From Schizochytrium sp. TIO01 (Eukaryota; Protista; Bigyra: Labyrinthulomycetes): 64,000 bases of DNA. Below the pieces are notes generated by a model. That model had not been told where the DNA came from and ran no database searches. It saw nothing but the letters and a program-made list of their open reading frames with translations. This document shows, piece after piece, positions 15,101 through 27,272 of this stretch (the stretch's first letter is position 1; each line of letters starts with the position of its first letter). Made by a program: the position numbers and the translations under genes. The DNA lies in contig SMSO01000005.1 of the NCBI GenBank assembly GCA_004764695.1, positions 868,001 to 932,000 on the forward strand, written 5' to 3'.

Positions 15101-16016
15101 AAACGAGGCAAGTTTACTTTCACAAAAGCGTGCTTTTGAGTGTAATGTTGTAGTGTCTCCAACCATCTTAAAGTTTCAGTTTTGAAACACCTATTTAAAT
15201 TTAAAAAAATAAAAATCGTTTATATATATATGTGTTATCAACTTTAAATATTCTTCACCAACCGAAAAGGTGACGATATACACATATACATATGGCCAAG
15301 ATAAGAAACTAGAAGTTGGTGTTTTTCTTCAATGCTATTTTATCTCTCTGTCCTCCTCTAAGTGTCGCTCTTCACTGTGATCTTGCAAGCTCTGCCTCCT
15401 ATATAAAAACGACGAAGGCTAGTCGACTCTCTACCTACCTACGGTTGTAACCTTTGTACAAAGATTGCTCAATTAAACTTGTTTCTTGTTGTACCTAAAA
15501 ACATGCTTCTTGTCATTCGTACCATCCACTATATTGCTTTTGGTTAAGCGTTTTGTTAATTATAGTAATTGGCTTCATTCTTTTAACTGTTAATATATAA
15601 TCTTATATAAATGTGAATATAATAGAACTAACAATCAAGAATCAGAGGAGATAAGCTGCTCTGCCGGACGAAGGAAGCGGAGTACAATACACCAGAGGGA
15701 GGGAGAAGAAGAGAGATCGAGGGGACCTTCGAGCGCATCTCCGTGTAATCGCGCAGGAAACCGCGGGAGGGAGAGGGCTTGATTATGCGAGAATGAAGAG
15801 GGCTCGTGCACTGCCTTCCTTTTGCTTTTCCTCGATTCTTTTTTCTAAGCAAATTCTCAGAAGAATAACTTTAGGTTTGGACTCGCCTCAGAGAGTTTAT
15901 TATTATTTTTATAATAATTCATCCCTGCATGAGCTTTGGATAGAGGGCGAACGGCGGCCATTGCAGAGACACCAGCCAGTGCCAAGTGGGCAGAAAGTGC
16001 CGACGCAGAGCAGAGA

Positions 16017-16116
16017 GAAAGAAACAAACAAAAGAAACAAACAAACCAAAGAAACAAACAAAAGAAGCAAACAAAAGAAACAAACGAAAGAAACAAACGA
16101 AAGAAACAAACAAAAC
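16017..16116 (+). repeat. Degenerate ~12-bp AAAGAAACAAAC-type minisatellite
   Basis: Repeated AAAGAAACAAAC variants. Confidence 0.85.
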
Positions 16117-17609
16117 TAGAGCAAGCGAAACACCAAAAGTTGATGCGGAAAAGGCTGGAAACGGAGGGCGAGATGGGGTTCAGTCCTCTGCAGACCGATG
16201 CTGTTTATTATCTTATTTAATCATATTTCTATTTTCGTTCATCTCTGAGAAAAGTAGGTTCCTGCTTGTTTGTTTGTTTGTTTGTTTGTTGGTTGGTTGG
16301 TTGGTTGGTTGGTTGGTTGGTTTGATTGATAGTTGATCGATTCTGTATTTTCGTCGTGCTTATGCACGTTGAATCTCAGCGGAAAGAGAGGCAGAGAGAG
16401 AAGAAGAAAGCGCTCGCGCTCCGTGGTGAGAGAGAGAAAGAAGGAAAGGAAGGAAGGAAGGAAGAAAGAAAAACCGGTTTGCGTGTACCTCTCGAGCTAC
16501 GCACCTCAATAGGCCACCGATGAGCCTGATTGGGCACCATTGAAAGAGAAGCAGACAAAGAAGATCGAGGAGGTAAGTAAGTAAGTAAGTAACAAACTGA
16601 GGGATAAGCGAAAGAAGCTTCGATTCTATACCTAGCTAGCTATCCGCACGGGAAACCACAGCACAGCATGCATGGCAGGGAGGACGAGAAGGAGTGGCTC
16701 ACAAATCTAACGAGAGGAGGCGCTCCTCTCTGGGTCGGCGAAGCGACTTCTTCTTCTTCATTGATTGCTGACGGCGTCGGCGTTATTGGTTGCTCACACT
16801 GGAGATCTGCCTCCGCCGTCGCTCGAATGAATGTGACGACGTGCTGCACCCGTGAAAGAGCTGCGAGGCGGTTGGAGGCAAAGACCTCCCACAGCGCCCC
16901 TCTCAACAGCGCGACCTGCCCTGAGTGCCACTGAATAACCTTGAGAGGGGAAACTTGTTTATTTGACGATGCTCGAGCCTTAAGTCGCAGGTGTGGGGTT
17001 AGTTAGACCCTCGCTATCGGCAACCTTATCAGTAGCCACACTTCTCTATAGAACCTTCTATAACGTGAGTGGTGTAATGTGTCCATGCAGCTGCTGCTAC
17101 TACCGCTTATAGTACTAAGATAGGTACCTTCTTCTTCTTCTTCTTCTTCTTCTTCTTTCGAGTGTGCATTCATTCATTCCTTTCTTTCTTGGATATAAAA
17201 GTACTTGCCTGGAAAAAATCATTTCGCGCTCGACCTGCAAAGGCTTCTCGGAGGCTGGCTTTTCTGATCTTCGCGCCACTGATGGTGTCGTCATCGGTTG
17301 ACGGGGGTGCGCTCGGCATGTTTTCTCTTGTTTTCTCCCCGTGTTCTTGTTGGCACTTGCCTCGTACTGAGCTTTGCAGTGTCGTCCAAGGCCAATCAAA
17401 TTGATCGAAACTTTTGTTTTGTTTCATTGGGGTCTTTCTTATCTCATGTGTTATGAACAATGATAATAATAATAACGAAAAACTTTCAATTAAGACGCCA
17501 AATGACACGATGGATTCAAGCGGGTCTATTATTATTATTATTATTATTATTAGAAGAGCTATTATTTTATTTGTTCTGATGAGCATAATAGCTATGATAC
17601 TATATTAAC

Positions 17610-17648
<39 letters not shown>

Positions 17649-18635
17649 ATCCATCGCTCAGGCAAACCATGAAAAGGCGCTTCTACTCCACCTCTCCGCC
17701 CGAGTAAAAGATCTCTGCGAGCAGCGACAGCGACAGTGACGGTGGTGGCGTGCCGCTGCTGCGCTGTACGAGATTCCCTACTCCCGCCTCAGTCGGCCTG
17801 GATTTGCATGGTGGATCAAAAAGAATAGAACTTTGATACGCTCTACTGACAAATCGCTGCCCTGTCTGCAGGCAACACTTTGGTTGATTGCTGTCTTTTA
17901 ATTTCGTCTGCCGTCTTTAACTTTGTTTGCCGCAGGAAAGGAAACGGAGAAAGAAAGAAAGAAAGAAAGAAAGAAGATGTACCGCCGTTAACGATGTGAA
18001 TGTAACTTGAGCCTGCGTATTCCTGTACGCGGATCAGAATCAATCAGAGGCCGCCGTTGGCCTTGTTGAGCACGAAATCTTCAGAGGAGTCAGCGTCGTG
18101 GTTTCGAGTAACATGCGGCCTGACTGAGCGAGGTTCGATCGAAGGCACAGTGCTCGAAAGAAATGCCCTGAGAAACCCTCGTCTCCTTTGGCCTCTCTTT
18201 TCTGCAGATATTGTTTTTAGTTAAAAAGTTAAGCGAGCAAGCAAGCAGAAGAGCGATCGCTTGAGAAAGAAGCGCGAGCTGGCCCGCTCAACCTGCGGCA
18301 CACCGGCGCGGCGTGCATCGCCCTCCTCCCCTCTCTCCCTCTCTGCCTCCCTCCCGTGCCCGCCGCTGCTCTGCGAGTCTGCCTCTCCCCTTCTCTCTCT
18401 TCATGTCGTCTTGCTCCATTCCTCGATGGCTTGCTTGAAGGCTTCTTTCTCTCCTCACCACGAACGAGCGAACCCGAGCGGAGCTGAGCAGCAGGCAGCC
18501 AGACAGCCAGAGAGGTAGACAGACTGAGTGAAAGACGCCGCCGCGACCCGGCCTGATTCCTAAGGCAGCCGTGGCGCCCGCCGCGCCTCCCGAGCGCAAG
18601 AGCGCAGCGTGGCTCCGCTCAGAGTCCAACAAGAC

Positions 18636-19010
18636 ACAAACAAACAAACAAACAAACAAACACAACAAACAAACAAAAACAAACAAACAAACAAACAAAC
18701 AAACAAACAAACAAACAAACAACAAACAAACAAACAAACAAACAAACAAACAAACAAACAAACAAACAAACAAACAAACAAACAAACAAACAAACAAACA
18801 AACAAACAAACAAACAAACAAACAAACAAACAAACAAACAAACAAACAAACAAACAAACAAACAAACAAACAAACAAACAAACAAACAAACAAACAAACA
18901 AACAAACAAACAAACAAACAAACAAACAAACAAACAAACAAACAAACAAACAAACAAACAAACAAACAAACAAACAAACAAACAAACAAACAAACAAACA
19001 AACAAACAAA
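18636..19010 (+). repeat. (AAAC)n microsatellite, ~375 bp, degenerate at the left edge
   Basis: Directly visible tandem AAAC array. Confidence 0.98.
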
Positions 19011-21636
19011 GAGACAGACAGAGAGACAGACAGGCAGACACGCCGAAACAAGGAGTAGAGTACCTCCTGCTCACTTTTGCTTACGGTTGGATCAAAATCA
19101 GATTACTGCGAGTCTTCGTGTACTTTGTTGTTTATTCTTATTTATTTATGTTTTGATCTGTAGAATATGAAGAACTCTAAAACGAGAGTTGCCACTGAAG
19201 GGAGATCGTCCGCGTTTGTTTTGAAATGATATTTATCTATGTATGTATAATATACTCTCCTTCTTTTCTTTTCTTTCAAAACAAATTAACAAAAAATATG
19301 TATTAAAAACAATTCCCATTTTAATTAAAAGAACAAGAAATGCAAATGAAAATCTTGTGAGGAGCCAAGCTAGTTCATTCAGGTTCTGCAGCAGGGTCTT
19401 GCAGGACAGGCACGCTCAGTAAGCACAGAGGCCGAGGCTTCCAGGGCTGATCACAGCGCAGGCCAGCGCTGTCTATCTAACTATCTATCTACCCATCCAT
19501 CCCAATCAGCGGTTGCTGCCACACGTAGATCGAAACCCCAAAACGAATTTATCTCCTCCTTCCTTTGCAGTCTATAAGGCGCTGTTGAGCTCTTTCCGCA
19601 TTCCCTTTTCCGCTTATTATGTACGTGTTGCTCTGAAGAAAGAGGGAAAAGAAAGGAAATCAATCATAAATGAAAGAAAGAACGAATGAATCTATGAATG
19701 AATGAATGAATGAATGAATGAATGAATGAAAGTCGGCAAAAGCTTCGAGGGCCTCGGGCAAGCGCGATACAGCTACCTGTGCAGCGGGGAAGGGCCTCGG
19801 CGCTGCTCAGCTGCCTGGCTGCCTGGCTGCCTGTGACGCGAGCAAGCACGAGAGAGAGCAGGAGGACAATCCGGGCCGATCGAGCGGACGAGCAGCCTGC
19901 GAGATGCCAAGAACTCAGGCAGGCATCGAGGATTCCATCGACGAATTGCATTCACTCATTCACTCATATTCACTCATTCATTTCTTCATTTATTCCCGCA
20001 CTGATTGTATTGTGCGTTCTTCTGCGAGAATGACCTCTAAAAAGCTGAAGGCAAGAAAGAGAAGCTGCGTGTCAAGGCTCCGCAAGAAAGAACGGGAGGG
20101 AGAAGAAGCGGCAGCACAACACGCGAGCGGAGGCACAGGCGGTGCTGAGGAAAGGCGTGCGTGCGTGCGTGCGTGCGTGCGTGTGTGCGTGGCGCCTTGG
20201 CTCTCTCGATTGCCCTTCATTCGCTTCGCGATCGCTTTCCTCCTGTGTGCGCTTGTTCTTTTTGTTCTCTTTAAGGGTGCGAGGATCAATTCCTTCGCCG
20301 CCTTCGAATGAATCAGTCAATGAGTCAATGAATGAATGAATGAATGAATGAATGAATGAATGAATGAATGCATAAAAAGAAAGAAAGAAAGAAAGAAAGA
20401 ATGCAACGACCTTTGGGTTGCACTGCCGTGAAAAACAGGCCCTGCTCTGCTCTGCATCCTCGCAGACCAGAGAACAAACAGCCAGAAGCAGCGGCAGCAG
20501 CAGTGAGTGTGCAGAAGGGGAGAAGGAGAAGGAGGAAGAGGGAGAAGCAGAAGCAGCGGCAGAAGAAGAAGAAGAAGAAGCAAGAGCGTTGCTGGCGCCG
20601 GAGGACGGACGCCGAAGCAGCGTTCGCCCAGCTTGTCCCGCAGATTTATAACGAGATATAGCCCCACAGCTGTTGTGTAGCGAGTAGCCTGGTCAGGTGG
20701 ACTGTGGGGCCCTCTCCGCCTGCAGAGAAATCTCTGAACAGCCAGCCGACCCTGCACTCCGCGCCTCACCCATTCGCTCAACAGCGTCACAGTCTGCTTC
20801 GAGTCTGCTGCAATTTGGCCTGCCCGTGTTTATATAAGAGGGCTGTAGTTTTGAAGGCCTCCGCTGTTGGATGTCGACTCCTAGTGGAGCTTCTAGCTAG
20901 AAGAAGTAATGAGCGGTTAGCAAGCACGTACCTCCTTCATTGGAGAGAGATCTCTCATATCGTGCGAGCATCCCTCGAATGCCCTCGCCCTCGCTTCGGT
21001 CTCGTTTAGTTACGCGGTGCAGAGGAGGCGAAGGGCGAGGAGGCCGCACGGGAGGGAGGAGAGTCCGTTGCCGGGTTCGTGCGTTTGGATTTCAGGCAGA
21101 TAAATAGATAGATAGTTAGATAGGTAGACGGCTCGTGGAAGACTTCATTCAATATTTGTTTTCTTTGCGTGTTTCTATTGCTTTTTTATAATGTTTTATT
21201 ATTATTATTATTGATTTAAATTACAAATTATATATATATATATATATGTATATATCAGGAACAGAGATAAGAACAGAAATCAACCTTTCGTGATATCTAT
21301 CTAGAGAACGAAGGCACCGTGCATGTACGCATGCATGCATTCATTCATGCATGCATGCATGCAGTGCGGAGCCTCTCCACGAATCGCATTGCGCTGCTCC
21401 AGCCGCCGTCGCAGCAGCTTAGGTCAGCCCCAGAGCCGAGCGGCCTCTGGCGCCTTGCTCCTCCTGGTCGGCGCACTGCACGACGTACGCAGCTTCTTCG
21501 CAGCAAGTCGGCACCTGTTTGTTGTGAAGGAAGGAATTAGACGCAAGAGCCTCGCTTTTCGAAACTTTCGAGAGGTCGAGTCAAGAACTGTGATCAGCCC
21601 CGGCCGGGATTAGGGAACTCGAGCTGAGAGAGACAC

Positions 21637-21667
<31 letters not shown>

Positions 21668-21989
21668 ATATGATGATGATGATGATGATGATGATGATTA
21701 ATCTAATCTTCGCTTCGGGTTCAACTTCAAGTTCAGCTGTGAAGGAGAGAAAGAAAGGGACTGTCGAAGCAGACGGCGAATGGGGCTGAGTGGAGTGGAT
21801 TGATTAGTTTGAGTGACAGATTGATGAAAGTAAAGAACACCTATGAGAACGCTAATGCTTGCAAGTTCTTCTCTTTCGTTTTTCTTTTTAGTTTTGCAAA
21901 CGAAAATAAGCTTTATTTATTTATTTTCATTTAGTAATACAGACATACCTGTGCTTGCTACTAACCCGGAAAGGACACGGACTTCTTCT

Positions 21990-22040
<51 letters not shown>

Positions 22041-22179
22041 AGAAAGCGCCGAACTGATCAGAAGTGGCGCTGCGTCTGTTGGTTTGGCGTTCCTTGCGTC
22101 CACTCTGGCACTGGGCAGACGGAACAAGGCGGGTTGTGAGGGCTGCCTGTCTCGGGTCGGTCCGAGGCAGTCCCCTCTC

Positions 22180-22276
22180 TGTGGTGCTCCACAGTCCCCA
22201 CAGCGCACCTGAGAGGCCCGGATGTGGTGCTCCACAGTCCCCACAGTGTACCTGAGAGGCCCGGATGTGGTGCTCC
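22180..22276 (+). repeat. 43-bp GC-rich tandem repeat, 2.25 copies
   Basis: The unit TGTGGTGCTCCACAGTCCCCACAGYGYACCTGAGAGGCCCGGA starts at 22180, 22223 and (partial) 22266. The two full copies differ by two C/T transitions. Confidence 0.95.
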
Positions 22277-22869
22277 TCACTCTCCCTCTCAGCAAGCGAG
22301 TCGGCGGTTTCCTTGGCTGTGCTCATCTTGTTTCGCAGCGCTTCCTGCGCAGTATATAGAAATCCTATAAGCCATCCCCAGTGTGTATTACCTTATAGCG
22401 TCTTTCTTTCTTGCTCCCTTTCGCGCTGCGTGAAGACCAACTGACCGTCTGTGGCGTCGCGCTTCCGCCTGCGTCGGCGAGAGGGCATGCGCCTTCAGCA
22501 TTTTTGCCGATGCCGCAACACTGCCTCTCGAAGCCTGCGAAGTCTGCGGTATACGCGCTTGCGTGGCTCCACTCACCAGTCCTTGTGTGCTTTTTAGCTC
22601 CTCACTCACTCACTCTGAAAGTTTGTTGGTTTTGTTATTCTTTTCTTCAACTAAAGACTTAAAAATTAAAAAAATCGAAAGTTAAAAAGGAACAGAGCGA
22701 CAAGAAGAAGAAGAAGAGTAGAAAAGAAGCAATACAAAATTATTACTTGACCAGGGCAGAAGGTGCGCGTACCTACCTACCTACCTACCCACCTACCTAC
22801 GAAGCCGGTAAGGATTGAGATGATCGCTCGAATGGATAAGTTTTTAGACCGATTAGACGGATACTGCTG

Positions 22870-22933
22870 ATCCATTCCATTCCATTCTATTCCACTCCAC
22901 TCCACTCCACTCCACTCCACTCCACTCCACTCC
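22870..22933 (+). repeat. (TCCAT)/(TCCAC)n pentanucleotide microsatellite
   Basis: Directly visible. Confidence 0.93.
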
Positions 22934-23400
22934 GTGGCTTATTCCGTTTCTTCGCTATATGCCATTTCTTCGCTATGGCAGTTGGGCTCTGTTTCATCGC
23001 AGCTATTGGCGCTTCGTTGTTGGTGGTGTGGAGCTGCAAAGTTTGGCTTGTTGGATTTGGAAAGATTCCAAAGCGGGGGATAGACGCGTATCATGTATAT
23101 CCATCATGTATGTATAGTCTCGTCTCGAGGGGCAGGGAGAGAGAATGAAGAGAGACGAGACTTATATCTATGTATCGCGATCGTGGAGAAGAAAGCTGAT
23201 GAGCTCTCTGTCTCCGCTGTCTCTGAGAGGGTTGGTGATCAGAAAGACCAGTTCTGCCTACTAAATGGTGTGGTCTCGGACAAAAGAAAGAAAGTTTTTG
23301 AGTTCGAGTACTTGCGAAGAGAGTATTCCGTAGGATTGCTAGCGCACTGGGATTCCTGCTCCTCTCTCGCCTCATCGTTTCTAACCCACTGCTACGAGTA

Positions 23401-23518
23401 TGTTTGTTTGTTTGTTTGTTTTGAATGTTTGTTTTGAATGTTTGTTTTGAATGTTTGTTTTGAATGTTTGTTTTGAATGTTTGTTTGTTTGTTGGTTTGT
23501 TTGTTGGTTTGTTTGTTG
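23401..23518 (+). repeat. Compound repeat: (GTTT)n with an embedded 13-bp GAATGTTTGTTTT unit x~5
   Basis: 13-mer units start at 23423, 23436, 23449, 23462 and 23475. Confidence 0.93.
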
Positions 23519-25163
23519 GATGGAGGATCTTAAGTTTTGAACTTTCTTTCTTCCCGTCTTTTTTGTTTTTTTCATCTCTTTTTCACTGCTCCTTTTTATA
23601 TGATGCCTTTTTGATTGTATTTCTTTGAAGGCAATAATTTTTTAGATTTTTTGTTTTGTTAAAGAAAGGCTCTTGTTCGCCTCCTTGACTCACGAGTTAG
23701 GGGACGTCCGTATCTCTCCTCTCAGGTAATCAGCGAGAGAGTGACAAGAGGCTTGTGAGGGACCTTCCCGCAGTGCATTTTCCCGAGAGGGAGCCACTTG
23801 AAGACTTCATTGGCGTGCACTGGTAAACATGTGAGGAAGGACAGCAGGAAGATCGGCCTTCCTCTCAAGCTTTCCATCTCTTAAACACAAACAAACAAAC
23901 AATAACAAATAAACAATTGAAAAAAGAAAAGAGGAGAAAAACTTTCTTTCTCTCAGGTTCCTCCTCTCTTGGTTGAAAGTTCCCCAATCAATAGCTTCAA
24001 TATTCCCTTCAAATCTAAAAAAAAATATAAAAAAAATGTGAGTAATAAAAGCTTTGAAGGAACTCCCAAATGTCAAATAAAATAAAGAAAGAAGCTCAAA
24101 AAGAAAAGAAAAAACAAGTTGCTCACCTCACGTCTGTCTGTTTGACTTTGACTCGAATTCTGCATTTATTCATTATAGTCTTTTTCCACGCGCCTCACAC
24201 GTCTCAAGTTTTGTATATTTTACTGTAAGCTGGAAAATATTAATTATTATACTATCTAGTGATAATATTAAGAGATAGATAACTTTCAGAAGAAGCGATC
24301 TTCGTTTGGTTTTTAGTCTCCGCAAGGACCGCAAGTCGTAGCAAAGGCCCATACTGCTGTGCAACGGTGAAGCTGGGAAGAGCCAATCATGGGTACCGAC
24401 GATGAAGCAGCTGCTGTTTCGCAAGGCAAGTTCCGAGGAAGGGAGGCTTCTGCTGGTGCTCCTCTCCCGTCTTCTTCTTGTTAGACTTACCCTTTGAAGC
24501 TGGCTGTAGTATTAGTATACTTTAGCATTTTATTTTTATGCCTACTTCGAGGCACACTCCAACGGGGTTTTTAAAAAGAAAAGAAAAAGATTAGAAATAG
24601 GAAACACGCTCTTTTGTCCGGTGCTTCCAAAAGGTAACTTGCGCATGATCGCAAGTTTGTATTCTGCGATCTTTTAAATTTTAAACAAAGGAGATAGATA
24701 TTCATTTGATTGAGCTATGTCAACATATTCTTTTCAATTCAACCCTGTGTAAGTTAATAGTTTTGTTTTATAGAAACTTTATTCTTTTAGTATCTCTCTC
24801 CATATATTTAATTTTAAAAATAAAGTTTTTATTATTTGGACCAGAGCATCCGTGAGGGGCTGCCTCCTCCGAGTGGGGACTCCTTGCAGAGGTATCGGTG
24901 AAACAAAATATTAAAACTTGAAAATATTGAAAATATTTTTAGCGATGAAAGCATCGGTATTTATAGCAGCATAGTGTCGAAACAATGGAGAGGAGAAAAC
25001 GAAAAGAAAGTTTCTTATGCAAATAAAAAGAAAAAAATTCTCTCTCGTAGTATCCTTTTAAAAGTCGAGAGGGAGTAAGGATAATCACATAGTTCGAAAG
25101 TGGAAGTAAATCCAGAGGGAGAAACGAAGAGAATCGATTTCAAAAGAGAGAGGAAATTCATTA

Positions 25164-25255
25164 TTACTTTACTTTACTTTACTTTACTTTACTTTACTTT
25201 ACTTTACTTTACTTTACTTTACTTTACTTTACTTTACTTTACTTTACTTTACTTT
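25164..25255 (+). repeat. (TTTAC)n pentanucleotide microsatellite, ~350 bp upstream of the AP2 ATG
   Basis: Directly visible, ~18 units. Confidence 0.96.
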
Positions 25256-25601
25256 TTACATACTCACTCACTCACCCACTAGAACAACTAACTAGAACTA
25301 GATAGCACTCAATGAAAAGATAAGCAAAAGAAATAGGAAAAAAGAAAATGAAGAAGCGCGGCAGAATTAGAATCAGCAATTCCCGAACTCATCGCAGCAG
25401 ACCTCGTATATAGAACAAGCAGGCCAGCCACATCAAACAAGACAGAGCAAGCAAGCAGCACCAGAATATCCAGCAAGCTAGATAGCAAGCAGCAGAGCAG
25501 CTAGCTGATACAGCTCTCAGCTGCAGCGAACGGAGTCCTTTAACTTGACAGGCACCACGCAGCACCCTCAGCAGCACCCGCACCCCCCAAGCCTCGCCAC
25601 G

Positions 25602-25757
25602 ATGGGCTACTACTCTTGGCCCGTGCTTGGGTGGAACCCTGTGCCGCAGGTCTTTTCGGCAGACGGTCAGAACATGCTCTCCCCCGGAGGTGGAAATACC
25701 TTCCTAAGCAACGGCACCGAGGCCCAGCAGCTTCAGCAGCAGCACTTTCACCAGCCT

Positions 25758-25791
<34 letters not shown>

Positions 25792-26663
25792 CCGCTCAGC
25801 AGCTCCATTTTCTCCAGCAGCAGCACCAACAACAACAACAACAACAACAGCATCTCATGAACAACAACAATAACAACAATGGCCAGGACGCCGGCTCACC
25901 ACGCTCACCGCACGTGCAGGCACCTACCAAGACCGACGAGGGCGAGGCACTCGAGGCCTTGGGTTCGCTTCTTCGTAGACCCACAAACAACAAGGACATG
26001 AGTAACAACAACAAAAATGGCAACATGAAAAACGCCTTTGATGACGTAAACTCCTCGTCTAACAGACTTCTCAACGCCCTCAAAAGCCTCGACAGCCCTA
26101 CGTGGAACGCGGCGCCCTCACAGCCTACATTCAGCATGCCTGCAAACTTTGACCGCAACCAATCTATGAACTCGATGTCCTCGCTTAACATGAAGGTCCA
26201 GGACCAAGACCTTTCCAAGAAGCGTCGCGCACCTCCGGGTAGCCTCACTGCTCTCCACCAGTCTATTTTGATGGACACAAATGTTGAGGACCTCAAGATG
26301 GTTAAACCAACAAGCTCCAAGTACCGTGGTGTCTCTTGGCACTCAAGGGCAAAGACCTGGACTGCACGTGTCTGGAACGCAGCAGAGAACAAGAGTATCC
26401 ACCTTGGTGTATTCAACACAGAGTTGCGCGCCGCTCTTGCCTTTGACCTTAAGGCCCGTGAACTATTTGGTCGCAAGTTCAAGGGATTCAACTTCCCATG
26501 CTCCAAGGAACGTGTTGCTCTTATTCGCACTCTTGTGAATGAAGATAGCTTGCCTTCTAGTGATGATGTGAAGGACGTTCTTAGCCAGCCCGAGGCGTCT
26601 ATCCAGAAGCTAGCCAAATCAACAGACAACCGCTCCGCAAAGAAGCGCCGTCAGAGCCAGTAA
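25602..26663 (+). CDS. AP2-domain transcription factor with polyQ/polyN low-complexity N-terminus (353 aa from the first ATG)
   Basis: The ATG at 25602 is in a strong context (GCCACGATGG); the ORF track starts at an upstream TTG. SSKYRGVSWHSRAKTWTARVWNAAENKSIHLGVFNTELRAALAFDLKARELFGRKFKGFNFP matches the AP2/ERF pattern YRGV..W.A....HLG.F....AA.A.D..A....G....NFP. Basic NLS-like motifs SKKRRAP and AKKRRQ are present, with coding-like codon usage. Confidence 0.92.
26313..26498 (+). other. AP2 DNA-binding domain (within the CDS above)
   Basis: YRGV, W.A, HLG.F, AA.A.D and NFP motifs occur in canonical order and spacing. Confidence 0.9.
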
Positions 26664-27272
26664 ACGCAATACGGAAGCAAAACCGCTCTTCCTCTGTTTT
26701 ACTTACTAAACTCGTTTCTGTCCTCTTTTGCGTGCCGCTTATGACATGCTTCGTGTACTCTCTGCTTCTTTGATGTTTCTATCTTCATCCACTTTTTTCC
26801 CACGCTATTCCAACTACTACCATGACCATTCCTCTCCTTTTTTTTGGTTTTCATTAGCCGACGCTCATTTCACTCCGGCAAAGCTTTGCTATATCGCGTT
26901 GATTTATTGTGCCCGCCCCGCATTGACGCCAAGCCTGCTTTCCCTTTTTGTATCGCATTGCAATTTTGACCCTTTTTTTCTTTTGTGTTGATCAAAAACA
27001 ACCGTCTCCTGTGCAGTTCTTAAAATAACACAACAAACATGATATTTCAAATTACATTGACTCTCTTCCCCAAATTCTTTCTAATCCGATAATCCTTCAG
27101 CAAAAATCAATTCAGGAAATGTCCTATTGCCTAATACACTCGAAATATCACAAGACGTTGGTTTATGCCTTATGTTTGTCGAAGAAAAGACGATTGTTCT
27201 TTGGTTTGGTCAAATTAATTTTCTTTATTTTTAATTTTGCTGATCTCTGTATTCGTAAGGTCGAAGAGAGTT

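Noticed and set aside
18288-19170. FVCL/TNKQ-repeat ORFs (also at 61775-62440 and 33804-34133)
   Set aside because: Translations of the stop-free (AAAC)n microsatellite.
22180-22276. Possible CRISPR-like repeat
   Set aside because: Units are contiguous with no unique spacers, there are no cas genes, and the context is eukaryotic.
25796-26629. 277-aa minus-strand ORF (and likewise 27739-28503 +)
   Set aside because: Antisense to the AP2 and SUN-like genes respectively, with no independent motifs.
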